From assembly GCA_002780715.1 (NCBI GenBank), contig PEUO01000148.1:1-50863 (forward strand): 50,863 bases of DNA, written 5' to 3'. The notes beneath the pieces are model-generated. The model was not told the origin of the DNA. It was given only the letters and a program-made list of their open reading frames with translations, and did no database searches. Each line of letters opens with the position of its first letter. The stretch's first letter is position 1. The translations under genes and the position numbers were made by a program. Source of the stretch: Deltaproteobacteria bacterium CG03_land_8_20_14_0_80_45_14 (GTDB lineage: Bacteria > Desulfobacterota > BSN033 > UBA1163). Positions 36,583 to 45,300 of the stretch are shown in pieces.

Positions 36583-37211
36583 TCAAGATCCTGATAGCGG
36601 ATGATCATCCGATTGTGAGGCAGGGGTTGAAACAGATCCTGTCAGAGGAGTTTGAAATAGAAGCCTTAGGCGAGGCTCAAAATTCCTAGGAAGTCCTTGA
36701 TCTTGTCCGGAAGAAGGATTGGGACATTCTTGTGCTGGACATCACCATGCCCGGGAGAAATGGACTGGATGTGTTAAAAGAATTAAAACAACAACGCCCA
36801 AAACTTCCCGTCCTGATTTTAAGCATGCATCCTGAAGACCAGTATGCTGTTCGAGCTTTAAAAGCAGGGGCATCTGGTTATCTGACCAAAGGGAGTGTGG
36901 AGGAAAAATTGGTCAAGGCGATCAAAAAGATCCTCGCCGGGGGGAAATATGTGAGTTCCTTGTTAGCCGAAAAAATGGCATTCGATTTGGAGCAGAAAAC
37001 AGAAAAGCCCTTGCATGAGACCCTCTCTGATCGTGAATACCAGGTGATGCTCCTGATTGGATCAGGGAAGACAGTGAGCCAGATCGCTGAAGAATTGTCC
37101 TTGAGCGTCAAGACGATCGACACCTACCGAACCCGCATTCTCGAAAAAATGAAGATGAAGACGAACGCCGAACTGATGAAGTACGCGATAAGGAATAAAT
37201 TGATTGATTAA
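36579..37211 (+). pseudogene. NarL/FixJ-type response regulator (REC plus LuxR HTH) with an in-frame TAG
   Basis: MIKILIADDHPIVRQGLKQILSEEFEIEALGEAQNS*EVLDLV.. The TAG is at 36687-36689, in the same frame as ORF 36732-37211. The ATG overlaps the sensor stop (ATGA). Confidence 0.7.
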
Positions 37212-37213
37212 AA

Positions 37214-37234
37214 GTGATCAGTGATCAGTGACCA
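37214..37234. repeat. GTGATCA heptamer array
   Basis: GTGATCA GTGATCA GTGACCA, starting 3 nt after the regulator stop. An inverted fragment GGTAACTGATTACTTG lies at 37273-37288. Confidence 0.65.
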
Positions 37235-37327
37235 GTTGCTGCTAATCAATAAGCAATTCATAACTTATCATTGGTAACTGATTACTTGAAACGAAAGAGG
37301 GTTAGTGCTAAAAATTAAAGGAAGAGT

Positions 37328-37624
37328 ATGCCGATGAAAAGAGTTCCTTCAAGATTCCAACCCTTTTTGTGGTCAAAGAGTATCGAGAAAATAGAAAGGG
37401 ATAAGGATAAGATCTATATTATCCACCAGATTTTAAGTTATGGGGATTTAAAGGAATTAAGACTTTTATTCCAAATCTATGATAGAAAAGAGATAAGAAA
37501 TGTGTTTTTAAGATTTCCCAAAAAAATTTATCAGCCATCGGTTTTCTTTTTTGTAAAGAATCATATCCTTGGCCTAAAAAACAAAAGATTGAGAGAAAGA
37601 AACTATGTCAAAACTCTTTTTTAA
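37328..37624 (+). CDS. Small protein upstream of the AbiEii-like gene (putative cognate antitoxin)
   Basis: 98 aa. AAGGAAGAG SD. Overlaps the downstream NTase gene by 20 nt. No recognisable AbiEi-type winged HTH. Confidence 0.6.
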   Translation: MPMKRVPSRFQPFLWSKSIEKIERDKDKIYIIHQILSYGDLKELRLLFQIYDRKEIRNVFLRFPKKIYQPSVFFFVKNHILGLKNKRLRERNYVKTLF

Positions 37625-38246
37625 TATTTTAACGGAAGAGCAGAAAAGGACATTTGAATCTTTAAGGGTCTTTTCAAGATATGGATGCTTGGGGGGTGGG
37701 ACTGCATTAGCTCTTCAGTTCACCCATCGAAAATCTTATGATTTTGATATTCTTTGCCCTACGGCTATTTCCAGAGGATTGCTCCTTACCGCTAAAAACC
37801 ATTTTAAAAAAATCCAGATTTTGGTTGATACGTCAGATGAGTTAACTCTTGTCACTCCAATTGGGGTAAAGGTGAGTTTTGTCTTTTATCCCTTTAAACC
37901 TCTTTATAAAACGATTGAAACTGCACCATTAGATGTTCTTAATTGGAAAGATATCGCCTTGGATAAGGCCTATACCATTGGTCGAAGGGGTGAATGGCGT
38001 GACTATGTAGATCTTTATTTCTCTTTAAAGAAAGGGTTTTCTTTGAAAGGGATAATTAAAGGAGGAATGAAGAAGTTTGGAAATCTTTTTTCTGAGAAAC
38101 TTTTTCTGAGTCAACTTTGTTATCTTGGAGATATTAAAGATTATTCCATCGACATCGTAAAAGAAAACGTAACCCCTCAACAACTCAAAGGTTTTTTTGA
38201 AAGAGAGATAAAAATTCAAATCGCAAATCACAAATTGCAAATTTAA
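37605..38246 (+). CDS. Nucleotidyltransferase AbiEii/AbiGii-family toxin-like protein (DUF1814), short form
   Basis: 213 aa. LGGGTALALQFTHRKSYDFDI matches the GGTAL..HR.S.D.D NTase signature of AbiEii. Confidence 0.75.
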   Translation: MSKLFFNILTEEQKRTFESLRVFSRYGCLGGGTALALQFTHRKSYDFDILCPTAISRGLLLTAKNHFKKIQILVDTSDELTLVTPIGVKVSFVFYPFKPLYKTIETAPLDVLNWKDIALDKAYTIGRRGEWRDYVDLYFSLKKGFSLKGIIKGGMKKFGNLFSEKLFLSQLCYLGDIKDYSIDIVKENVTPQQLKGFFEREIKIQIANHKLQI

Positions 38247-38253
38247 AACCCCG

Positions 38254-38305
38254 CCTTCTACCTTCTATCTTTAACTGATCACTGATTACTGTTTACCGAT
38301 CACTT
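38254..38305. repeat. Composite heptamer arrays in inverted orientation
   Basis: CTTCTAC CTTCTAT .. AACTGATCACTGATTACTG.. This is the reverse-complement arrangement of 30104-30165. Confidence 0.65.
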
Positions 38306-38454
38306 TCTTTTTTGTAAGAAAAACCCTGACAGAATAACCCGCCAAAATCCTACATCAATTTCAGAAATTCCCCGATTTTATTGAGAGGCTTAAAGTCTTA
38401 TCTTGAAAGCAAATGATCCACTGGCAAAAATTAAATGAACCGAAGGGAGAAGAA

Positions 38455-38820
38455 ATGAGAGTGTTCATCGTTGAAGATTCGGAAGTAGTTCGAGAACGGC
38501 TGATCACCATGCTTTCTGAAATAAAAGGCGTTGAGATCGTCGGTGAAGCGGAAAACACGGTTGAAGCCATAAAAGCAATCAGAGAACAAAGGCCTATCGT
38601 TGTTATTTTGGATCTTCGTTTGACAGCGGGAAATGGGATCGAAGTATTGAAGGGTCTAAGGCAGGAACAAATTCCTGCTATGGTCATTGTTTTAACCAAT
38701 TATCCTTATCCCCAATATCGAAAGAGATGCATGGACCTTGGAGCGGATTATTTTTTTGATAAGTCAACTGGGTTTGAGAAGGTCTCTCAAGTATTGAAGC
38801 AATTGATTAGGAATTCTTAA
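38455..38820 (+). CDS. Single-domain CheY-like response regulator receiver
   Basis: MRVFIVEDSEVVRERL...VVILDLRLTAGNGIEVLK. AAGGGAG SD before the ATG at 38455. Confidence 0.8.
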   Translation: MRVFIVEDSEVVRERLITMLSEIKGVEIVGEAENTVEAIKAIREQRPIVVILDLRLTAGNGIEVLKGLRQEQIPAMVIVLTNYPYPQYRKRCMDLGADYFFDKSTGFEKVSQVLKQLIRNS

Positions 38821-38859
38821 GAGGTAGTTAAAATAAAGAAAAAGGTTAAAAAGACGGCA

Positions 38860-40042
38860 GTGGGTGAAGAGATCCTAAAAAAAGATAAACCGGAAGAGAC
38901 ATTTCAGGAGGGCAAAAGGCACTTGGAAACCATATTGGATTCCATCCATGCTGGCATCTTGGTGGTTTAATAACCTCCTGACCATCATTAAAGGTTACAA
39001 TCAACTCTCTCTCCTTGAGCTTAAAGAAGGAAGTGACTTGAGGGGGAACATTGAGGAAGCCCTCAAGGCTGCTGATCGAGCCGCAGACCTCACTCGTCAG
39101 CTTCTGGCTTTCGGCCGGCGTCAAGTCATGGAGATGAAGATCTTTGATTTGAATGAGATCTTGCAGAATATGAATAAGATGTTAACTCGTATTCTCGGTG
39201 AGGATATCGAAGTAAAAAACATTTTCGCCGAAAATCTGGGGAGAGTTAAAGTAGATCAGGGACAGATGGAGCAGGTGGTTCTGAATCTGGTTGTCAATGC
39301 GAGGGATGCGATGCCGAACGGAGGAAAGCTCATTATCGAAACGGCCAATGTGGAATTGGACGAGGTTTACGCTCGTAACCATATCGCTGTGAAACCGGGT
39401 CGTTATGTAATGCTTTCTGTAACAGATACGGGGAGGGGGATGACTCCGGAGATCAGGGATCGGGTCTTTGAGCCTTTTTTTACCACTAAGGAAAAGGGTA
39501 AAGGGACGGGGTTGGGTTTATCCACAGTCTATGGAATTGTGAAACAAAGTGGTGGGAATATCTGGGTTTATAGTGAGCCAGGCCATGGAACCACGTTCAA
39601 GATTTATCTACCCAGGGTGGATCAACCTCTGGAGATTTTGCAAGAAAACGGAGTGAATGGTGAGGTCCCCAGAGGCAATGAAACCGTTCTTGTGGTTGAA
39701 GATGAAGAGTCAGTCCTGAAAATCACTGTTCGGATCCTAGAGAAGCAAGGGTATACTGCTTTTGGGGTGTCCCGCTGGGATGAAGCCCTTAAATTATTTA
39801 AGCAGAAAAAAGAGAAAATCCATTTGGTCCTGGTGGATGTGGTATTACCTGAGATGAACGGACCAAAATTGGTCGAAAAGCTCAGAGAGATTCGACAAGG
39901 TTTTAAGGTGATTTATATGTCAGGTTATACAGAGGATACGGTTGTTCTCAATGGTGCATTAGAAAAAGGAGCAACCTTCCTCCAGAAGCCATTCACGTTT
40001 GGTGGACTGGCTAAGAAAGTAAGGAAGGTGCTGGACAGTTGA
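38860..40042 (+). pseudogene. Hybrid histidine kinase remnant (PAS start, frameshifted junction, partial DHp, HATPase_c, REC)
   Basis: Frame A (38860-38970) encodes ..KRHLETILDSIHAGILVV**, the start of a PAS domain. Frame B (ATG 38948) begins ..SWWFNNLLTIIKGY, where kinases normally have ..AHDFNNLLT.., so the phospho-acceptor His is missing. HATPase_c (DTGRGM, GTGLGLS) and REC are intact. Confidence 0.6.
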
Positions 40043-40051
40043 AATACGGAA

Positions 40052-40072
40052 ATCAGTGATCAGTAATCAGTA
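40052..40072. repeat. ATCAGTG heptamer array
   Basis: ATCAGTG ATCAGTA ATCAGTA, 10 nt after the kinase stop. Confidence 0.65.
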
Positions 40073-40343
40073 GAAGAGATGGTTTTCAATTTAGATTTTT
40101 TTTGAATCAAAAACCCCAAATCTAAAATAGGCAATTTTAATCGAAACTATTAATTTTGAATTCCAAAATTGAGATCATGTTTCTAAGTAACTTTTTGTCT
40201 TGGAAATTTTTTTCTCGGATTACAACCCCTTATTTAAATTTTTACAAAAATATGACATTTTGTGCCTTCCTGGAAGTTTGATTTTGGTCACTTAAATCTT
40301 AAAATCCCATTTAATTTCAATAAATTTCTTCCGTTTTATTCTG

Positions 40344-40360
40344 TTGGCATAAGACTTGCT
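40344..40360 (+). promoter_or_regulatory. Sigma54 (-24/-12) promoter
   Basis: TTGGCAT-AAGAC-TTGCT. It is identical at 15 of 17 positions to the minus-strand promoter at 22812-22828. Confidence 0.7.
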
Positions 40361-40392
40361 TAATATAATTATAAACATTAAAAGGAGTAGGG

Positions 40393-40557
40393 TATGAGTC
40401 AGATGATAAAAGAATTTGCTTTCTCCAATTTATTGATAATTTGGGTAATGATTTTCGTTGGTTTCGCATTTTTAAAAGTTGTGAAAAAGCGGTTGGAAGA
40501 CTGGTAAAACATTGTAAATATCAAGAACAAATCCGGTCTTTTCTTACAAAAATGTAG
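40393..40557 (+). CDS. Small ORF (54 aa) downstream of the sigma54 promoter
   Basis: AAGGAG (40381-40386) lies 6 nt before the ATG. Sequence: MSQMIKEFAFSNLLIILGNDFRWFRIFKSCEKAVGRLVKHCKYQEQIRSFLTKM. The frame is uncertain because of a T4 run at 40439-40442. Confidence 0.4.
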   Translation, partial: YESDDKRICFLQFIDNLGNDFRWFRIFKSCEKAVGRLVKHCKYQEQIRSFLTKM

Positions 40558-40570
40558 GTAGAAGAAAAAA

Positions 40571-40720
40571 ATGAGCGGTAAGGAAATCTTAGGTATCCGA
40601 GAAACAGAAGAGGGGAGAAAGATAGAGATTAGTTTCCAGAGAGTAGCCAGTTGGGCGTTGGTTTTTACCAATGCCTTCTTCGTCTCCTATTTCTTCGCCA
40701 AGCTGTTTCAATGGGTTTAA
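40571..40720 (+). CDS. Small ORF (49 aa) with a hydrophobic C-terminal segment
   Basis: MSGKEILGIRETEEGRKIEISFQRVASWALVFTNAFFVSYFFAKLFQWV. Weak SD. Same transcription unit as the previous ORF, by position. Confidence 0.25.
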   Translation: MSGKEILGIRETEEGRKIEISFQRVASWALVFTNAFFVSYFFAKLFQWV

Positions 40721-40731
40721 AAAATTTGATA

Positions 40732-40787
40732 CTTCGACGGCGCCAAGGGTGCCACTCAATATAAACCCTGAGCCTGTCGAAGGGTTG
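40732..40787. mobile_element. MITE-like element, truncated copy 3
   Basis: CTTCGAC..GGCGCC..ACCCTGAGC..GTCGAAGGGTTG shares its ends and half-core with copies 1 and 2. Confidence 0.4.
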
Positions 40788-40788
40788 C

Positions 40789-41349
40789 TTATTTCAATAA
40801 TTTTGACAACCCCCTAAACTCTTCAGTCCCAGCCTCCTTCAACAGTTGAAAGGCGATGATCTCGGTGGTCGAGATCATCGCCCCCCCTTTTTCCATCCAC
40901 CTCAGACCGATCTCCCAATCCAATTTTCTCCTTGAACAGATTGCATCGGCCACCACCTGGACCCCATAGCCTTTCTGTATCAGGTCATCGGCTGTTTGCA
41001 GAACACACACATGGGTTTCGATTCCGGTAAGAATGACCTGTTTCCTTCCCGATTGATTTAATTGACCGTTAAACGTTTCCGTCCCACAGCAACTAAAGGA
41101 GACCTTTTCAATAGGAAGGATGGATCCCATCTCCATTTTGATTTCAGGAACTGTCTTTCCCAACCCTTTGGGATATTGTTCGGTAATAAGAATAGGGATG
41201 GCCATTTCTTTTGCGAAGGTGAGGAGGGTCTGAATATTTCGTATCACATTTTCCCCTATTTCTTGATCCATCTTTTTCATCAAAACGTCCTGAACATCGA
41301 TCACAATAAGAACGGCTTGTTCCCTTTTCATTTTCGTAAATCTGTCCAT
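40789..41349 (-). CDS. Isochorismatase-family cysteine hydrolase
   Basis: ..AVLIVIDVQDV.., ..ILTGIETHVCVLQTA.. (catalytic Cys). The ATG at 41349 has GGAG upstream. The TTG at 41382 is less likely. Confidence 0.85.
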   Translation of the reverse strand: MDRFTKMKREQAVLIVIDVQDVLMKKMDQEIGENVIRNIQTLLTFAKEMAIPILITEQYPKGLGKTVPEIKMEMGSILPIEKVSFSCCGTETFNGQLNQSGRKQVILTGIETHVCVLQTADDLIQKGYGVQVVADAICSRRKLDWEIGLRWMEKGGAMISTTEIIAFQLLKEAGTEEFRGLSKLLK

Positions 41350-41513
41350 TTTTCTTTCTCCTTTCCAGTTATTATCATACAAACTTTAAGGTTGAATTTT
41401 CAAACGATTTGTTCTATTTGTAAAGCGATGTGGGAACCCGTCTTTTATTTTTTGAGGATGGGGTCTTCAGGTGTGATGGTAATAAACCCACATTCTCAAA
41501 TGAGGAGATAGAG

Positions 41514-42179
41514 ATGGAGTCAAATGGCGAAAGGACCAGGGTTTTAGTTTTTGCGAGTGGTGACGAGAAGGGGGGAGGCTCTGGTTTTCAAGAATTGGTC
41601 GAATTTTCCAGGACGAATCCGCCGGTCCTTGACGCAAAAATCATCGGGGTCATTTCTAACCATCAAAATGGAGGGGTTTGTAGAAGAGCGGACGCACTTC
41701 ATATTCCTTTTGACTATTGGTCCGGACCATTTGATGCCAAAGCTTACCGAACATTCGTTGAAAAATATCAGGCTGACTTTGTCATGTGCTCCGGATGGTT
41801 AAAGTTTGTGAGAGGACTCGATCCTGCAAAAACGGTCAATATACACCCGGGACCACTCCCGCGCTTTGGCGGACCCAAAATGTACGGGCATTATGTACAC
41901 GAAGCAGTCATGGCAGCTTATCATCGAGGTGAAATAACCCAGAGCGCAGTGACGATGCATTTTGTTGACGGCATCGCCTATGATAACGGTCCTATTATCT
42001 TCCAAATGCCAGTACTGATTAGACCTGACGATGATGCCGAGACACTGGCTAAAAGAGTAAATGAAAAAGAACGCGCCTGGCAAAGTTATATTTTAAACTT
42101 GGTCGTCCATCAACATATTTACCTTCGTAATGGGCAGGTCTTTTATAAAGGCGATGCGCCTAAAAGGCTTTTTTACTAA
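41514..42179 (+). CDS. purN: Formyltransferase, PurN-like (phosphoribosylglycinamide formyltransferase), divergent
   Basis: RVLVFASG.., ..NIHPGPLPRFGG.., ..VTMHFVDGIAYDNGPII... GAGGAG lies 6 nt before the ATG at 41514. Located upstream of purL. Confidence 0.7.
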   Translation: MESNGERTRVLVFASGDEKGGGSGFQELVEFSRTNPPVLDAKIIGVISNHQNGGVCRRADALHIPFDYWSGPFDAKAYRTFVEKYQADFVMCSGWLKFVRGLDPAKTVNIHPGPLPRFGGPKMYGHYVHEAVMAAYHRGEITQSAVTMHFVDGIAYDNGPIIFQMPVLIRPDDDAETLAKRVNEKERAWQSYILNLVVHQHIYLRNGQVFYKGDAPKRLFY

Positions 42180-42180
42180 G

Positions 42181-42305
42181 CAGGCTGCTGAAAAACGCCC
42201 ATCTGCGGCGTTCCCCTCATCCTTCGTCGTTGCGGCGTACGTCCAAGTACGCCTCACTCCTCAGGATTTCGGGCGCCTTGCATCTGGGCATTTTTGACCA
42301 GCCTG
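42181..42305. repeat. ~125-bp palindromic element (purN-purL spacer)
   Basis: Arms CAGGCTGCTGAAAAACGCCCATCTGC and GCATCTGGGCATTTTTGACCAGCCTG. Inner hairpin GGCGTAC-GTCCAA-GTACGCC. Confidence 0.75.
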
Positions 42306-42350
42306 TAAAAGAATGATTTTTCGGAAAACTACTAAGAAAGGATAAGAGGG

Positions 42351-45300
42351 ATGTACCACCTTTTCTTGCGCAAAAGTGAGAAACTGCAATACTGCTTCAA
42401 TGTAGAAACTTCCGCCCCCTTGGATTCGAATGAGCTTTCGATTTTAAGGCAGCTCTTAGCCGATGGTTTTGTATCGGAAAGTATATCTACGAAACCGATC
42501 CACGCTGACGGACGCGATGTGGTGGAACTTGGGCCGCGTATGAATTTTGCGACAGCCTATTCAACGAATATCGTCGCCATTTGCCAAACCTGCGGGCTCG
42601 AGAAGGTGACTCGCATAGAACGTTCCAGGCGATATCTACTCTCTGCAGAGGATGCCAAGGAGAGCTTTATTCGGGAACATCACGATCGAATGACAGAATG
42701 CTTGTATGATCAACCCTTGCAGACTTTTGAAACCGGAATTCTACCGGAACCTGTTTCTGAGATCCCTATGTTGGAAAAGGGTCCGAACGCTCTTTTGGAA
42801 ATACTGGGCCTTGCGATGGATGAGTGGGACAGAAATCTCTACTATGATTACTTTGTCAAGGAAGAGGGAAGAAACCCTACGATCGTTGAAATAAGGGATC
42901 TGGATAACGCCAACAGCGAGCACTCGCGGCACGGCTATTTCAAAGGGAAACAGGTGATCAACGGGGTGGCGATGCCGGAAACGTTGATGGATATCGTAAA
43001 ATCGACTTTAAAAGCGAATCCATCAAACAGCATCATCGCTTTCAAGGACAATTCGAGTGGGATGAAGGGATATGACTGCTGGACGATTGTCCCCGGACAA
43101 CCCGGAAAACCAGCGCCTTTCGAGAAGCAGAAGGTGCAGTACCATATCATTTTTACTGCGGAGACGCACAATTTTCCGACCGGGGTCGCTCCTTTCCCTG
43201 GGGCTGAAACAGGCACGGGCGGACGGATCCGTGATATCCAGGCGACGGGAAAAGGCGGTCTGGTGGTTGCCGGAACCGCAGGATACTGCGTTGCCAATCT
43301 GCTTATCCCTGGATATGACTTGCCATGGGAAACCAAATCTTTTCCCTATCCATCGAACCTGGCCTCTTCATTAGCGGTTGAGATAAGAGCAAGCGATGGC
43401 GCCAGCGATTACGGAAATAAGTTTGGGGAGCCGGTGGCGCTTGGTTTTACACGGTCTTTCGACCAAAAGCTTCCCAGCGGTGAACGTTGGGGATGGATTA
43501 AAAAAATAATGTTCACGGGCGGCATCGGACAAATCGATGCCAGGCATATTGAAAAGGATGAAGCTCAAAGAGGAATGCTGATTGTTCAAGTCGGTGGCCC
43601 CGCCTATGGGATTGGTGTAAGTGGAGGTTCGGCCTCCAGCAAGCTGCAGGGCGAGAATGAAGAAGAGCTTGATTTTAACGCTGTCCAGCGTGGCGATGCA
43701 GAGATGGAACAAAAGATGAACCGCGTGATCAGGACCTGCATTGAAATGGGAGAAAACAATCCTCTTGTCAGTATCCATGACCAAGGAGCCGGCGGACCTG
43801 CCAATGTTCTTAAAGAGCTTGTCGAAAAAGCCGGAGGCAAAATCGAACTAAGACATATAAAACTTGGCGATCCGACATTATCCGTACTCAAAATCTGGAT
43901 TGCCGAATACCAAGAACGATGCGGGTTCTTGATTAAACCTGAAAGAATTGGAGAATTCAAATCCATCTGTGAAAGGGAAAAAGTAAATTGCGAAATTCTC
44001 GGAAAAGTGACTGGGGATGGGCGCTTCGTTGTGCATGATGAAAAAGATGATTCAACGCCTGTCAATCTTAATCTCGCAAAGGTTCTGGGCAATATGCCAC
44101 AGAAAACGTTCAAGGATGAAAGGATTGACCATTCACTAAAATCTCTTGAATGGCCAGGTGATTTGTCGGTGGAAAAAGCATTGTCTCGCGTGCTTCGCAA
44201 TCTGGCCGTGGGTTCAAAAAGATTTCTTACCAATAAGGTGGATCGAAGTGTTACCGGATTGATTGCCCAACAACAGTGTTGTGGTCCGCTTCAATTAACG
44301 GTTAGCGATGTGGCGGTGATCGCCCAAAGCCATTGCGGATTAACGGGAGCAGCCACCTCGATTGGCGAGCAACCGATTAAAATGCTGGTTAACCCAAAGG
44401 CGGGAGCTCGGATGGCCGTTGGAGAAGCGCTGACCAATATCGTATGGGCCCAAATCAGTCGCTTACAAGATATCAAGTGTTCGGCCAATTGGATGTGGGC
44501 GCCAAAGCTGCCCGGAGAGGGTGCGGCCCTTTACGAGGCAGTGTGCGCCATGCGAGATCTTATGATCCAGTTGGGGATTGCGGTGGATGGCGGAAAAGAT
44601 AGCCTTTCCATGGCGACTCGGGTTGGAGATGAAATTGTCAAATCTCCCCGTGAGCTTGTGATTTCTGCTTACGCAACGATGCCCGATATCACGAAGGTGG
44701 TGACTCCTGATATAAAAAACCCAGGGCATAGCCAGCTCATCTTTATTGAAATCGCTCAGCATCAGGCTCGGCTTGGAGGTTCGGCTTTAGCCCAGGTTTA
44801 CGGACAAGTCGGAAACGAATCTCCTGACGTAGATGATCCCGAAATGCTTCAACGTGCCTTCCATGCAATCCAAAAGTTAATGTCAGAAAATTTAATTCTT
44901 GCAGGACACGACATCAGCGATGGGGGCATCATCACGACGTTTCTCGAAATGGCCTTCGCAGGAAACTGCGGTTTGAGAATTCGAATGGACGGTCCATGGA
45001 ACCCTCTGGAAAGACTCTTTGCTGAAGAGTTAGGAGCGGTCATTGAGTGTCATGTGAGCGACGTTCGGAATGTCCTCCAGATTCTTGATTCTTTTCATCT
45101 ACCCTCGACCGTCATCGGAGAGACGACTGAGGAAAAGAAAATTCTTGTGACCTATCATTCCCAGAAGGTTCTTGAATCGAGCATGTGTGTTCTTCGCGAA
45201 TGGTGGGAAGAAACGTCCTATCACATCGAGCGTCTTCAGATGAATTCCCAATGCGCCGATGAGGAGAGAAAGAATATCTTCGATCGCAAAGGTCCAAGCT

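Noticed and set aside
40399-40671. 90-aa minus-strand ORF across the AT-rich locus
   Set aside because: It is a low-complexity, AT-driven ORF. It is antisense to the SD-preceded small ORFs that sit downstream of a sigma54 promoter, and it has no start context of its own.
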